A stretch of 64,000 nt of DNA from Saccostrea echinata (Eukaryota), in assembly GCF_033153115.1 (NCBI RefSeq), contig NW_026889753.1, positions 11,408,001 through 11,472,000 on the forward strand, read 5' to 3'. Of this stretch, positions 13,255 through 24,803 are shown piece after piece. The position numbers were made by a program, and so were the translations under genes. Below the pieces are notes generated by a model, which saw only the letters and a list, made by a program, of their open reading frames with translations, searched no databases and was not told where the DNA came from. How positions within the stretch are numbered: position 1 is the stretch's first letter; every line of letters begins with the position of its first letter.

Positions 13255-14135
13255 TTAGAATTCTAGAACCCAGGTTTGTAGAAAAAACGACATTTTTTGA
13301 CAGCCAATTGACCCCTAATGAAAATGAAAATTCTGAAACCTTACTGCATATCTACAGGACACCAACAATCGTTTTTGAAAAGCTAATTTGGCTGTTGCGT
13401 AAAATGTTAGGGGAGGTCTGGGAACCAGGGTTTTTTTTTTTACATCCCCTATTTGACACCGAGGGTGAAAATGAAAATTCGAAAACCTTATTGCACATCT
13501 ACAGTACACCACAATTCATCTTCCAAAATATGATTTGGTTACTGCTTAAAATGTAAAAAGAGTTCAGGGAACCAGGGCTTTTTGTAGAGAAAACGTCATT
13601 TTTCGACCCACATTTAACCCTCAGGGTAAAATTAAATACATAGAATAAATCTTAAACCTTACTGCTTATCTACAGAACACCAGCAATCATCCCCTAAAAG
13701 ATGATTGCTACTACGTAAAATGTAAGAGGAGTTCTTCTGGGAACCGGGTTTATTTAGAAATAAACGTCATTTTCGACCCCCTATTTGACCCCATGATGAA
13801 AATTAAAATACCGAAATCTTTTTGCATATCCACAGGACACCATCAATCATATCACAAAAGATGATTTGGCTACTGGGTTAAAATGTAAGAGAGTTCTTGA
13901 AACCAGGTTTTTGTGGGGGGATAAAAATCATTTTTTGTCCCTTATTTGGTGCCTAGAGTACAATTCAAAAACCTTAATGCACATCTACTAGACACCATCT
14001 ATCATATTCCAAAAGATTAATTGACTACTGCTTAAAATAAAAGAGAAGTTTGAGGAAAAAGAAAGTGTGACAGATGGATGGACGAACCAGGGTAACAATA
14101 ATATACCCAAACTTTCTCTAGAAAATGCGGGTAAA
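13255..14135 (-). mobile_element. HINE-like element carrying about 5 tandem units of about 155 bp
   Basis: Repeated GAACCAGGG...GAAACCTTACTGCATATCTACAGGACACC units, a GACAGATGGATGGACG microsatellite, and a terminal ACCC...GGGTA hairpin. Confidence 0.7.
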
Positions 14136-14371
14136 AAAAAATGCTAATTATTAAGGAAGCATATAAGTGTCTCGTAATTTTTTTTAAGTTGGAAATTCCA
14201 ACTATAAAGTTTGTAATTCCAACTTAAAGGTTTGCTTTTTAAACTTTAATTTGGGGTGCGTTTCCGACTGTCCAACTAGATCAAGGTTACGTCTTTCATC
14301 AAAGCTAATCAAATGACTTTGATAATAACATAAAGACTCCTTTTGTTGTTCATTTAATTAATGTTGATGGT

Positions 14372-14922
14372 CAATCTAATTAAAATTAGATGTTCCGAAT
14401 CCGCTACCGCTTCTCAAACATCTAACAACATCCCATTCGGGGTCACGTCAGAGCGACCTTTCGATTACCCAATGAAATCGCCGTCTCTGAAATCTTGGCT
14501 TATAGTTCGGATGCGTTTCTTTTTTCACTGCCAAACCTAAACGCCCGAGGGGTTTCGTAGTAAACAAAATATGCATGGTAAAGACCGTGCTAAATATGAA
14601 TGTGACGTGCGGGATATATAGACGTATACATGTAGTTTTCGTTTGCATTATTTCGGTAAGAATGCCAGATTGGCGAACTATAGGTTTAATTTATACCAAA
14701 ATTACTTTAATTCAACGTAAGACAGTCTACTGAGCATCAATAATGTTAAGATGTAGCCGTTGAACTAATTTTAGAATCGTATACAGAAGGTTGAATCTGA
14801 TTGGCCAAAATTTTTATGTTTATTCGTAATCGAAAGGTCGCTCTGACGTGACCCCTATTGGGATGTTGTTAGATGTTTGAGAAGCGGTAGCGGATTCGGA
14901 ACATCTAATTTTAAATAGATTG
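14372..14922. mobile_element. Mutator-like MITE with TIRs of about 100 bp and a 10 bp target-site duplication
   Basis: CAATCTAATTAAAATTAGATGTTCCGAATCCGCTACC... and its reverse complement; TSD TGTTGATGGT on both sides. The empty site is visible in the inverted copy near 16645-16665. Confidence 0.9.
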
Positions 14923-15279
14923 TGTTGATGGTAAATAACAGAAATAAACAATCATTAATTTTTTTCCATATCTTTATCGGACATTTTTTAGTAAAATTTG
15001 ACGTCAGTGGACGGGGCTATGAAAATTAACATGGAATGTTTCATTTATTTCAATTCTATTAAAATAGGCAGCATTTTCGATTTCACAGGATGAAACTCTG
15101 CCATTCAGTTTAACTGAAAGGTGACTGAAAGTTAATAGTACTAAATAGAATAAAAAAAACAAGAGGTTAAAGTAGCTCAAATCAAAGCTTTAAAAAGCCA
15201 AGATTAAAATTGAAATTTCCAACTTTAAAGTTGGAAAAGTCAAGATTAAAGTTGAAAAAGCAAACTTTAAAGTTCTGAT

Positions 15280-16220
15280 TGTACGCACAAGTACTCTGAA
15301 GTTGACATTAAAAGGATGCCTGAGTTTCTGATTGACAATATCTATGTGGTTTTTGGAGGCCAGGTCTTCCAACAATCTATTGGAATTCTCATGGGTACCA
15401 ATTGCGCCTCATTATTAGCAGACCTTTTTTGTATTCATATGAAGCAGAATTTGTCCAAAATCTTATACGTGAAAAGAAGAAAACACTTGCTGTGGCCTTC
15501 AACTCGACATTTACATGTAGATATATCGACGACATATTGTCAATTAACAATGGTTATTTCCATTCTTATGTCGATCCGATATATCCCGGTGAGCTTGAGA
15601 TAAAAGATAGCAGAGAGTCTGACACATCTGTTTCATACTTGGGTATTTTACTTGAAAAAGACGTTAATGGTAATCTAACAACCAAGCTTTATGATAAACG
15701 TGATGACTTTAACTTTTCAATCGTCAACTTCCCTTACTTATGCAGCAATATACCTTCATCACCTGCATACAGGGTTTATATCTCTCAGTTGATTCGAAAC
15801 GCAAGAGCATGCTCTACGTAAATACAATTTGTAAAACGAGGTAAATTATTGACAAACAAGTTGATGAAACAAGAATATCAGCAGTCTCGTTTAAAGTAAT
15901 CATTTCGTAAGTTCTATGGTCGATACAATGACCTTGCCAGCAAATACAATTTATCTTTGAGTCAAATGCTGACTGACGTTTTTCATACTAATTGTTAGGC
16001 CATTATTTACAGGCTGAATTGTCGACGGATTTTTCCGTTATTTCCCGATCATGGCAGGGAGCACACGGCGGGTGTGACAGGTCGGCAGGGGATGCTCACT
16101 CCTCCAAGGCACCTGATCCCACCTCTGATGTTTTGGAGGTCCGTGTTGCTCTGCTCCTATTTTGAATTGTTTAATGGACTTTTGAGCTTGAATAGTGTTC
16201 GTTATCTCCATATATTTCAT
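15280..16220 (+). mobile_element. 5'-truncated, frameshifted Penelope-like retroelement (RT C-half plus 3' tail)
   Basis: FQQSIGILMGTNCASLLADLF, RYIDDILSINN, TTKLYDKRDDFNFSIVNFP, PSSPAY.VYISQLIR; frameshift and stops; conserved 3' tail GGCGGGTGTGAC...GGCACCTGATCCCACC. Confidence 0.9.
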
Positions 16221-17484
16221 GTACCAACATTCAAGTTGGAATAACCAACTTTAAAGTCAAAACGCCAAGATAAAAGTTGGAATTACCAAGACTTAAGCTA
16301 GAAAATCCACGATTAAAGTTGGAATTACCAACTTTAAAAGTGTAATTACCAACTTTACAATTGGAAAAGCTAACTTTTAAAGTGGAAAAGCCAAGATTAA
16401 AGTTGGAAAAGCCGAGATTAAAGTTGGAATTACCAAATTAAAAGATTGAATTACTTTAAAAAATATTACGTCGCACAAAGACGCTTCAATAAAATATAAA
16501 TCGAAAATGCTGCCTATTCTAATAGAATTGAAATAAATGAAACATTCCATGTTAATTTTCATAGCCACGCCCACTGACGTCAAATTTTACTAAAAATTTT
16601 CGATAAAAATATGGAAAAAAATTAATGATTGGTTATTTCTGTTACTTACCATCAACATTAATTAAATGAACAACAAAAGGAGTCTTTATATTATTATCAA
16701 AGTCATTTGATTAGCTTTGATGAAAGACGTAACCTAGATCTAGTTGGACAGTCGGAAACGCACCCACGTGTTTCACTTTTTCCGCCGCCATGTTGAATGT
16801 CAGACTGCAAGTAGATGACAAAGTATCAGATAAAATTGGGATATTTGTTGTTTACAAAACCAGATGACAAGGGGTGAGTATGTTGGACGATATCTGCATT
16901 AGATGTTAAGTTCGGAGTGTATGTGACGATTTCTCGGCTCTTGTTGACAGCGATGATGGATGCTGGAATGTTTAACTCTCGGTGATTGACGCCAACTTCG
17001 CGCTTTTCAGAAAACGTTCATCAGAGTTATGTTAATGTATTTTGATAAAGCCAATATTCTAATTAAAATTCATGAAATTTATTGTATAACCCTTCAAATA
17101 CTTATTTGAAATAAGATAAAATTAAATCAAGTTTACAAAATATTTGTTTTCCAATATGGCATCATTTACATACAGGACTGATTGACATTTGACCTTTCAC
17201 TGGCATTTCAATTGAGAAATTTACATTTCATCATAATGATCAAGAAATCAGCAAACTGGACTTTCAAAGTGTTTATCATAGAGAAAACAGTTGGGAATGT
17301 TAATATATTCCAATAATGATTACACTTCGATGCAATCGCTTTCCGTCAAGCGGAAATAACCTCGAATGTATTACGTAATCGTCTATGACGACCCACCTTT
17401 TCATAAACATTGAAATAAATGTATGGGGACCTCTTATTTGTAGATTCTGGAGCTTAACTTAATTGAATGTATTACCTATTAAAT

Positions 17485-19823
17485 CAAGAGGCCCATGGGC
17501 CACAATGCACACTTGAGTCACGTTGGTCCTATTATTATGCATCAGATTTTCTTCCCAATATACATGTATTCCTACGTAAAAGTTTGATCTTCTTTTGAGG
17601 CCCCACCGTATACACGGGAGTCATGATATGAGCAGAAGTGAATCAACACAAACAGAGAATGCTACCAGATTAAGATAATTAATCATAGCTTTGCTGTTCT
17701 TGAGAATAGAATTTTAAAGATTTTTCCCAATGTAATCTCTATTGTGGCCCCACCCTACTCCAAGGGAGCATGATCTGAACAACAATGACAGTGCCCACTG
17801 TCCAATCCGACAACTGTGCAATCCGGCACACTGGACTTTCCGACCTCATACTTTATTCCCCAAAATTTCTTTATATTTTATATAGAACAAAACACTGTAT
17901 ATTCCGACCACTGTACATTCCGAATTCCGGCGCTTTTTTGTCATCAAAACTAGATAATTACATTATGATTTCACCTGGGGAATCCGACATAATTACAAGG
18001 GTGTTCCATAATTAGCGGCAGGCCAGGTGACATGAATGCCCCGTTTGGCCACAAGAGAGTAGTTAATTACATGTAAGTTTGAAAGTGTTTATGTAAGCAA
18101 TTTTTAATTAAAAAATTAGGCAATCAATTCTCTTTGTTGTTATCAGTTTTATTCTCGCATTTAAGAAATAGCATCAACGCGACAGAAAATAAAAAGAGTA
18201 CATGATATTTTGATTCCATTAAGATTTTTAGCTTGAAATTAAAATCAAACATGCAGTTAGTCCTTCATAAAGCCATGTCCCGAAAAAAAGAGTACGGCGA
18301 ACGTAACATGTAGACAATACACAAGTTGAATGGTACATCTTGTCTAAAAGAAAAAGTTTCATTTCAGGGTTAATATACACTGAATTAAGCAAGGCTGTGC
18401 ACATAAAGGATTTGCCGGAAGCAAAAATACTGCTTTAAGTTGCCCATTAAATTTTAAAATATTACGATTGTTTGATAAAAATCACAATGTTTTAGAGTTA
18501 CGTCCGGTTTGTATGAAAAGTCGCGTGACGGTATTAATAGCACAGTCCATGTTGAGAAGTAAACAGTAGAGAAAATTCGGAGAGAAATGTAGTGTAGAAA
18601 AAAAAATAATACCTCTGTGTAAAGAAGGTACATGTAAACGAAATATTTACTTAACCATGCATCTACTGCTTTAGTAAAATGCTAAAAATTAAATTGCAAT
18701 ATCTTGAAGCGATCGGCAGTTCCATCTGTTTTGTCCATTAAAAAAACAAACATCGTATATTACATGTACTACAGAGTTTACTAATGCTCAAAGAAATGCT
18801 AATTAACGAAGGTATATTTTATACAACAAAGAAACACACAATTATGCAAACATTTTGACAATTAAATACACGTGTACTCTAAACCTAATGAAAAATGGTT
18901 TTTGAAGTCATTTGACACCAATCATAACGCTCAGAAATATTCAACACTGGGTAATCCGACACACTGTCTAATCCGACATTGATTTTATTTCCCGCAGCAT
19001 GTCGGATAAGACAGGTTTCACTGAATTTACAATCTTTAATACCTAAGAAAGCTTCCTAAAAATTTTCAGCTTTTCTGGTCCAGCGGTTCTTGAGAAGAAG
19101 ATTTTTAAAAAGATTTTTTTTTTATATTTCAATGTAAAACTTTGATTTCCTATTGTAGCCCCTCCCTACCCCCGGGGGCCATGATTTGAACAATTTTGAA
19201 TCTACACTACGTCAGGAAGTCTTCACATACGTTTCAGCTTTTCTGGCACAGTTGTTCATGAGAAGATTTTTTTTAAATTCCTTTATATTTCAATGTTAAA
19301 CTTTGATACCCTATTGTGGCCCCGCCCTACCCCCGGCTGCCATGTTTTGAACAATTTAGAATCTACACTACCTCAAGAAGTTTCCACATAAGTTTTCCCT
19401 TTTGTAGCCGCAGAAGATTTTAAAGATTTTTCCTATATATTTCAATGTAAAACTTAGATTCCCCATTGTGGTCATGTCTTACCCCCGGGGGCCATGAACT
19501 ATTTAGAATCTATACTTCCTCAGAAAGCTTTCAAATAAGTTTCAGCTTTTCTGACATAGTGGTTCTTGAAAAGAAAATTTTTAATGACCCCACCCTATTT
19601 TCGCCTTTTCTTGTTTATCCCCTTGGAATGGGGCTTGGCCCTTCATTTTAACAATCTAGAATCTTCTGGACCTAGGAATGCTTTGCACTAACTTTGGTTA
19701 AAATTGGCCAAGTGATTCTTGAGAAGAAATGGAAAATGTGAAAAGTTTACAGACGGACGGACGTACGCCGAACAACGTGTGATCAGAAAAAGCTCATTTG
19801 TCTTTCAGCTCAGGTGAGCTAAA
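17485..19823 (-). mobile_element. HINE (Helentron-derived) element with satellite units of about 165 bp, interrupted by a MITE
   Basis: CAAGAGGCCCATGGGCCAC ... GACGGACGGACG ... TTCAGCTCAGGTGAGCTAAA termini. Confidence 0.85.
17789..19023. mobile_element. Tc1/mariner-pogo-like non-autonomous element nested in the HINE
   Basis: CAGTG...CTGTCCAATCCGACA / TGTCGGATAAGACAGGTTTCACTG; subterminal TCCGAC repeats. Confidence 0.7.
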
Positions 19824-20024
19824 TATACCACAGAAGGGATATTCAATTCTGCCCATCCATTACTTTGATAAATAGGAAGTTTTTTCCATATCGTATAAAA
19901 TTTGCTATCCGCTAATGTAAAATACATTCGAGGTGTTTTTTCAAGGTTGCCGGAAAGGCCAAAATTACGATTGCACTTGGATGTCTCGCATTAAAGTTCA
20001 CTGATGGAAAAAAGGATACTATTA

Positions 20025-20163
20025 GTTACATAGTTTTTTAGTGACAGGGTACGGGATGATACCTGGTTAGTAAATTTCATACCTGGCGAGGCGAAGCCGA
20101 GCCAGGTATGAAATTTACTAACCAGGTATCATCCCGTACCCTGTCACTAAAAAACTATGTAAC
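20025..20163. repeat. Perfect palindrome with 63 bp arms and a 13 nt loop
   Basis: 20025-20087 is the exact reverse complement of 20101-20163; loop GAGGCGAAGCCGA. Confidence 0.95.
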
Positions 20164-20989
20164 GAATTTACCCCACCAATAAAATATTTATGCATTGTCT
20201 GTGGTTTGTAAAATTGTTTTTCTCACTATATATGTTTCATCACTCATACAATGCCTGTTATGACGTCACGTTGTGTGACGTGATGTTGTTTCGTGTGCGT
20301 GTGCGAGTGTTTCGTGCTGTAATAACGTACTGACAGTTTTGAAGACTTTCAGTAAAGGGAGAAAAATGTTCCATCTTCGTTACTTACATTAGTTAACTGT
20401 AACATTGTCAACAGACACTCGGCAAATCGCGTGAACTCGAGTTGTTCGAACGTTACAAAAGAACGATAACTCCGTATCGACCATGTATTGATTTTCAAGC
20501 GACTAGGTATAAGTAATACACCCCCTTCACGTGACAGACTTCAACCAATCGTAAGCCAGGATTTCATCGAAAAATCAACAGAGGTGGGGTAATAAATATA
20601 CCCTTCACAGACTTCAGAATAAAGGCTTCTGATAAAAATAGACGGTAAAGAAATCCTGTAATACATGAAATCCGCCTTCCTATTTTAAGTTTTTCAAAAT
20701 ACAGAAGATTGGTCAGAAATAATTCTTTTTGAAAATTACCCTTATTTTCATATCCAAACGGCGTTTAATACATGTATTTTAAAAGACATTTTACAAATAA
20801 AAATAATGTAAATGCATGAACAACTTTAGAACTCTACTGTAGTGAGTTGTTTTTTGAAAATTATCGCTGCAGGCTGTAGTTTCGTTTTGTTTTCAGAGAA
20901 TTTCTTTTTAAGGTATACACGGGCGAACACTTAAGATAAAAGATAATAGGTAAGACAGTTCAAAACACTGGTAAGCATTTAAAAATAAG

Positions 20990-20999
20990 TTTTTAGCTG

Positions 21000-21037
<38 letters not shown>

Positions 21038-21883
21038 CGTTGTCCGTCGTCCGTCCGTCTGTAAACTTTTCACACTTTCAACTTCTTCTCAAGAACCACT
21101 GTGCCAATTTTCACCAAAGTCAGTACAAAGCATTCTTGGCTGAAGGGAAGTTTAAATTGTTAAAATGAGGGGCCAGGCCCTCTTCCAAGGAGAAATAATC
21201 AAGAAAAACAAAAAAGGGTGGAGTCATTAAAAAATCTTCTCAAGAACTACTGGTCCAGAAAAACTTAAACTTAAGTGGAAACTTTCTGAGATAGTGTAGA
21301 TTTTAAATTATTCACATTAATTATGGCCCGGGTAAAAGTGGGGCCAAAATAGGGAATCAAAGTTTTATATTGAATTATATAAGAAAAATATTGAATTATA
21401 TCAGAAAAATCTTTAAAAATCCTCTTCTCAAGAACCACTGGACCAGAAGAGCTGAAACTTATGTGGAAGCTTTGTTTATAAATTGTTCAAATCATGGCCC
21501 CTGGGGGTAGGGTGGGTCCACAACATGGAATTAAAGTTTTACATGGAAATATATGGGAAAAATTTTCAAAAATCTTCTTCTCAAGAACCACTGGGCCAAA
21601 AAGCTGAAACATATTTGGAAGCCTCCTGAGGTAGTGTAGATCCTAAATTGTTCAAATCATGGCCCCTAGGAGTTGAGTGGGGCTGTAATATATAGGGAAA
21701 CAAAGTTTAGCATTGAAATATATAGGAAAAATCTTCCTGAAGTAGTGTAGATTCTAAATAGTTCAAATTATGACCCCCGGGGTAGGGTGGGGCCACAATA
21801 AGTATTACAAGGGGGGAAACCTGACAAAGAACTGAAGGGCCAAAGTTACTCAAGTGAGCGTTGTGGCCCATGGGACTCTAGTA
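20990..21883 (+). mobile_element. HINE element with satellite array
   Basis: TTTTAGCTGACCTGAGCTGAAAGCTCAAGTGAGC, a (GTCC)n tract, units of about 165 bp, and 3' GTGAGCG..GGCCCATGGGAC. Confidence 0.85.
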
Positions 21884-21954
21884 TTTATGCAATAATGTAA
21901 CGAAGTCGGTGAAGCTAACAAAAAGTGATCGATCTTTTAAAAAATCCACAAACA

Positions 21955-22135
21955 ATACAAATATGTGAAGAGGGCACAAAACACGAACCCCCCAAAATTC
22001 CAGCCTTGGGATCAGGCACCTAGGAGGAGTAAGTATCCCAGGTCGATCGGTTTCACCCTTAAATATTGATCAGGTAGACAGAATATTCCGTAGTCAAATT
22101 TAGTATTAGCAATTAGTATGAAAAACGCCTGCCAA
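21955..22135 (-). mobile_element. Diverged solo 3' tail of the Penelope-like family
   Basis: GGGATCAGGCACCTAGGAGGAGTAAGTATCCC...CACCC is the reverse complement of the tail at 16065-16150. Confidence 0.65.
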
Positions 22136-22408
22136 AATACTACTCAATCATAGGTCATTTTCCCTAACAATGTCATAATAAGCAGCATCATTTGCATAAT
22201 CATATATTTTGATTAACAGTAATGCAAAGTTCAAATTCAGCTTATTCACAAAATCAAACTGTTAGTACATGGGGTACAATATTATCCCTGCCACCCAAAC
22301 TCCGTCACCATAATCAGAAATCACGCCATGTTTCTCTCTGAATTATATTTTAAATTTGTTTCTTGTATGCTAAACTTAGTAATGAACTTAAACAATATTT
22401 TCAATCCA

Positions 22409-22560
22409 TTTTAGCTCTCCTGAGCTGAAAGCTCAAGTGAGCATTTCTGATCACATTTTGTCTGTAGTCCGTCTGTCTGTCTGTCCATCCGTCTGTAAAC
22501 TTTTCACATTTTCGACTTCTTCTCCAGAACCACTGGGCCTAATTCAACCAAACTTGCCGT

Positions 22561-22605
<45 letters not shown>

Positions 22606-23023
22606 GCCATGCCCTTATTCAAGGCGAGATAATTCAGAAATAGTGAAAATATGGTGGCATATTTTAAAAATCTTCTACTCAAGAACCACTGGCCCAAGAA
22701 GGTTGAAACTTATTGGAAGTCTTTGTTACATTGTGTAGATTCAAGTTTATTCAAATCATGACCCCTTGGGGTAGGGTGGTGCCACAATGGGGGATCAAAG
22801 TTTAATATAGAAATATATAGGAAAAAATCTTTAAAAATCTTCTGCTTAAGAACAACAAAGCCATTTATTATATTGATATGGAAGCATCCTCATGTAGTTT
22901 AAAATTCAAGCCCCCCCCCCCCCCCCCCCCCCCCGCATGTAAACTTTTCAATACTAAATTGATTTGTGCTTTTTCCTAGCCATTGTGCTCAGGTGAGCGA
23001 TGTGGCCCATGAGCCTCTTGTTT
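22409..23023 (+). mobile_element. HINE element
   Basis: TTAGCTCTCCTGAGCTGAAAGCTCAAGTGAGC ... CTCAGGTGAGCGATGTGGCCCATGAGCCTCTTGTT. Confidence 0.85.
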
Positions 23024-23524
23024 TTAAAATGTATTTATTGGGCTTATACTAATAAACTGCTAAAAATAGAATCACATCCGTGTACGAACCCTAACTCCGT
23101 CACCAGGGCCCTCCACAATATGTCAACGTATTAATTAGAATTTATTCCAGTATAGGTTTTTCCTCCCTTTATTTTGAACTTGTAAACAAAAAAAAATATT
23201 TTGAAAATTGAAAAAAAAAATTATTTAATTGTATTTTAAGAAAAGTATGTGTATCAACAACAGCAAAAATAACATTAATTTAACGTATTTTATATGTTAT
23301 AACGTCACGTTAACGTTATCTCCAACGTGTAGTGCAATAGTGCAAATTGAGACGAAATATAAAATATTTTCAACCGTATTCAATATGGTAAGTCATGTTT
23401 ATACGTTGGCATAGACCTTCATAAATATGACAGACATGTAAAAATGATCATTTTGATGAGCGAAATGTGCTTTTGGAGGCATCGATGAAATAGCGCATAA
23501 AGAAAATGTGCTTACTGATTTTAC

Positions 23525-24272
23525 ATTCATATGAAGCAGAGTTTGTTCAAAATCTTATACGTGAAAAGAAGAAAACATTTGCTGTGGCCTTCAACTCGAC
23601 ATTTAGATATATCGACGACGTATTGTCAATTAACAGTGGTTATTTCCATTCTTATGTCGACACGATATATCCCGGTGAGCTTGAAATAAAAGATACCACA
23701 GAGTCTGACACATCTGACTCATATTTTGATATTTTATTCGAAAAAGATGTTAATGGTAATCTAACAACCAAGCTTTATGATAAACGTGTTGAATTTAACT
23801 TTTTAATCGTCAACTTCCCTTACTTATATATATATATATATATATATATACCTACATCACCTGCATACAGGGTTTATATCTCTCGGTTGATTCGATACGC
23901 AAATGCATGCTCTACGTATGAACAATTTCTAAAACGATCTAAGATATTGACAAACAAGTTGATGAAAAAAGAGTATCAGCAGTCTCGATACAATGACCTT
24001 GTCAGCAAATACAATTTATCATTAAATCAAATGCTGACTGACGTTTTTCATACTAATTGTTAGGCCATTATTTACACACTGAATTGTCGACGGATTTTTC
24101 CGTTATTTCCTGATCATGACAAGGAGCACACAGCGGATGTGACCGGTAGGCAGGGGATGCTCACTCCTCCAAGGCACCTGATCCCACCTCTGATGTTTGC
24201 TCTGCTCCAAAATTTGTATTGTTTAATGGACTTTTGAGCTTGAATACTGTTCGTTATCTCCATATATTTCAT
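23525..24272 (+). mobile_element. Second 5'-truncated Penelope-like copy (same family as 15280-16220)
   Basis: FRYIDDVLSINS, KLYDKR...VNFP; a (TA)n expansion and a short deletion; same 3' end ATCTCCATATATTTCAT. Confidence 0.9.
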
Positions 24273-24803
24273 AAATAGATTTAGTGTTATTGTTATTTTT
24301 GAGCAGTACGTTTTTCAAAGTGGGGACAACCCTTAAAATATTACAAGGAAAAAAAACAAACAAACAAAACTAAAAAAAATCATGGAAAAAAGTAAACTCC
24401 AAAAAATATTCCATGTGTGTATATGTGCATGAAAGTGTGTGGGGGACCTTTTTCTGACTTTTCGGTTAATTTTTCTTTTCAAATTCTGGGATTTACTTGT
24501 GTTCTACCTTACGGCAACAAAAAATGGGGGAGGGGAGATTCCAAATGAAAATTTACATATTAAAATTACATTTTAAAACTTTTCTCAAAAAAGTAGCCCT
24601 CACCCCCACCCCGTACTACGGGCCTGCAGAGTTTATTTGATTTCATAAAATATCAGAAACGGATAATAGTTATGAGCATGGGCCAACTATTCCTTGCACA
24701 AATAGCTCATCAACAGCCCAGTATCCAAAATCAGCTGTGACCCAACCACTCCCAATAAGGAGGCTTTTTATATCAATGAGTTTTTAAAGATTTTACTTCA
24801 GAT

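Larger units (their letters stand above)
14254..16766. repeat. Pair of near-identical inverted repeats of about 270 bp (14254-14371 plus 14933-15083, versus 16498-16766)
   Basis: GGGTGCGTTTCCGACTGTCCAACTAGATC... versus ...GATCTAGTTGGACAGTCGGAAACGCACCC. They enclose 21 bp CCAACTTTAAAGTTGG repeats and an RT relic. Confidence 0.85.

Noticed and set aside
13251-13556. 101 aa ORF with an internal repeat (also 51351-51916)
   Set aside because: Chance translation of satellite monomers in HINE elements.
15316-15821. RT ORFs as a functional gene or a retron-like system
   Set aside because: 5'-truncated, frameshifted and stop-containing relics of a retroelement family; the same holds for 23506-24063.
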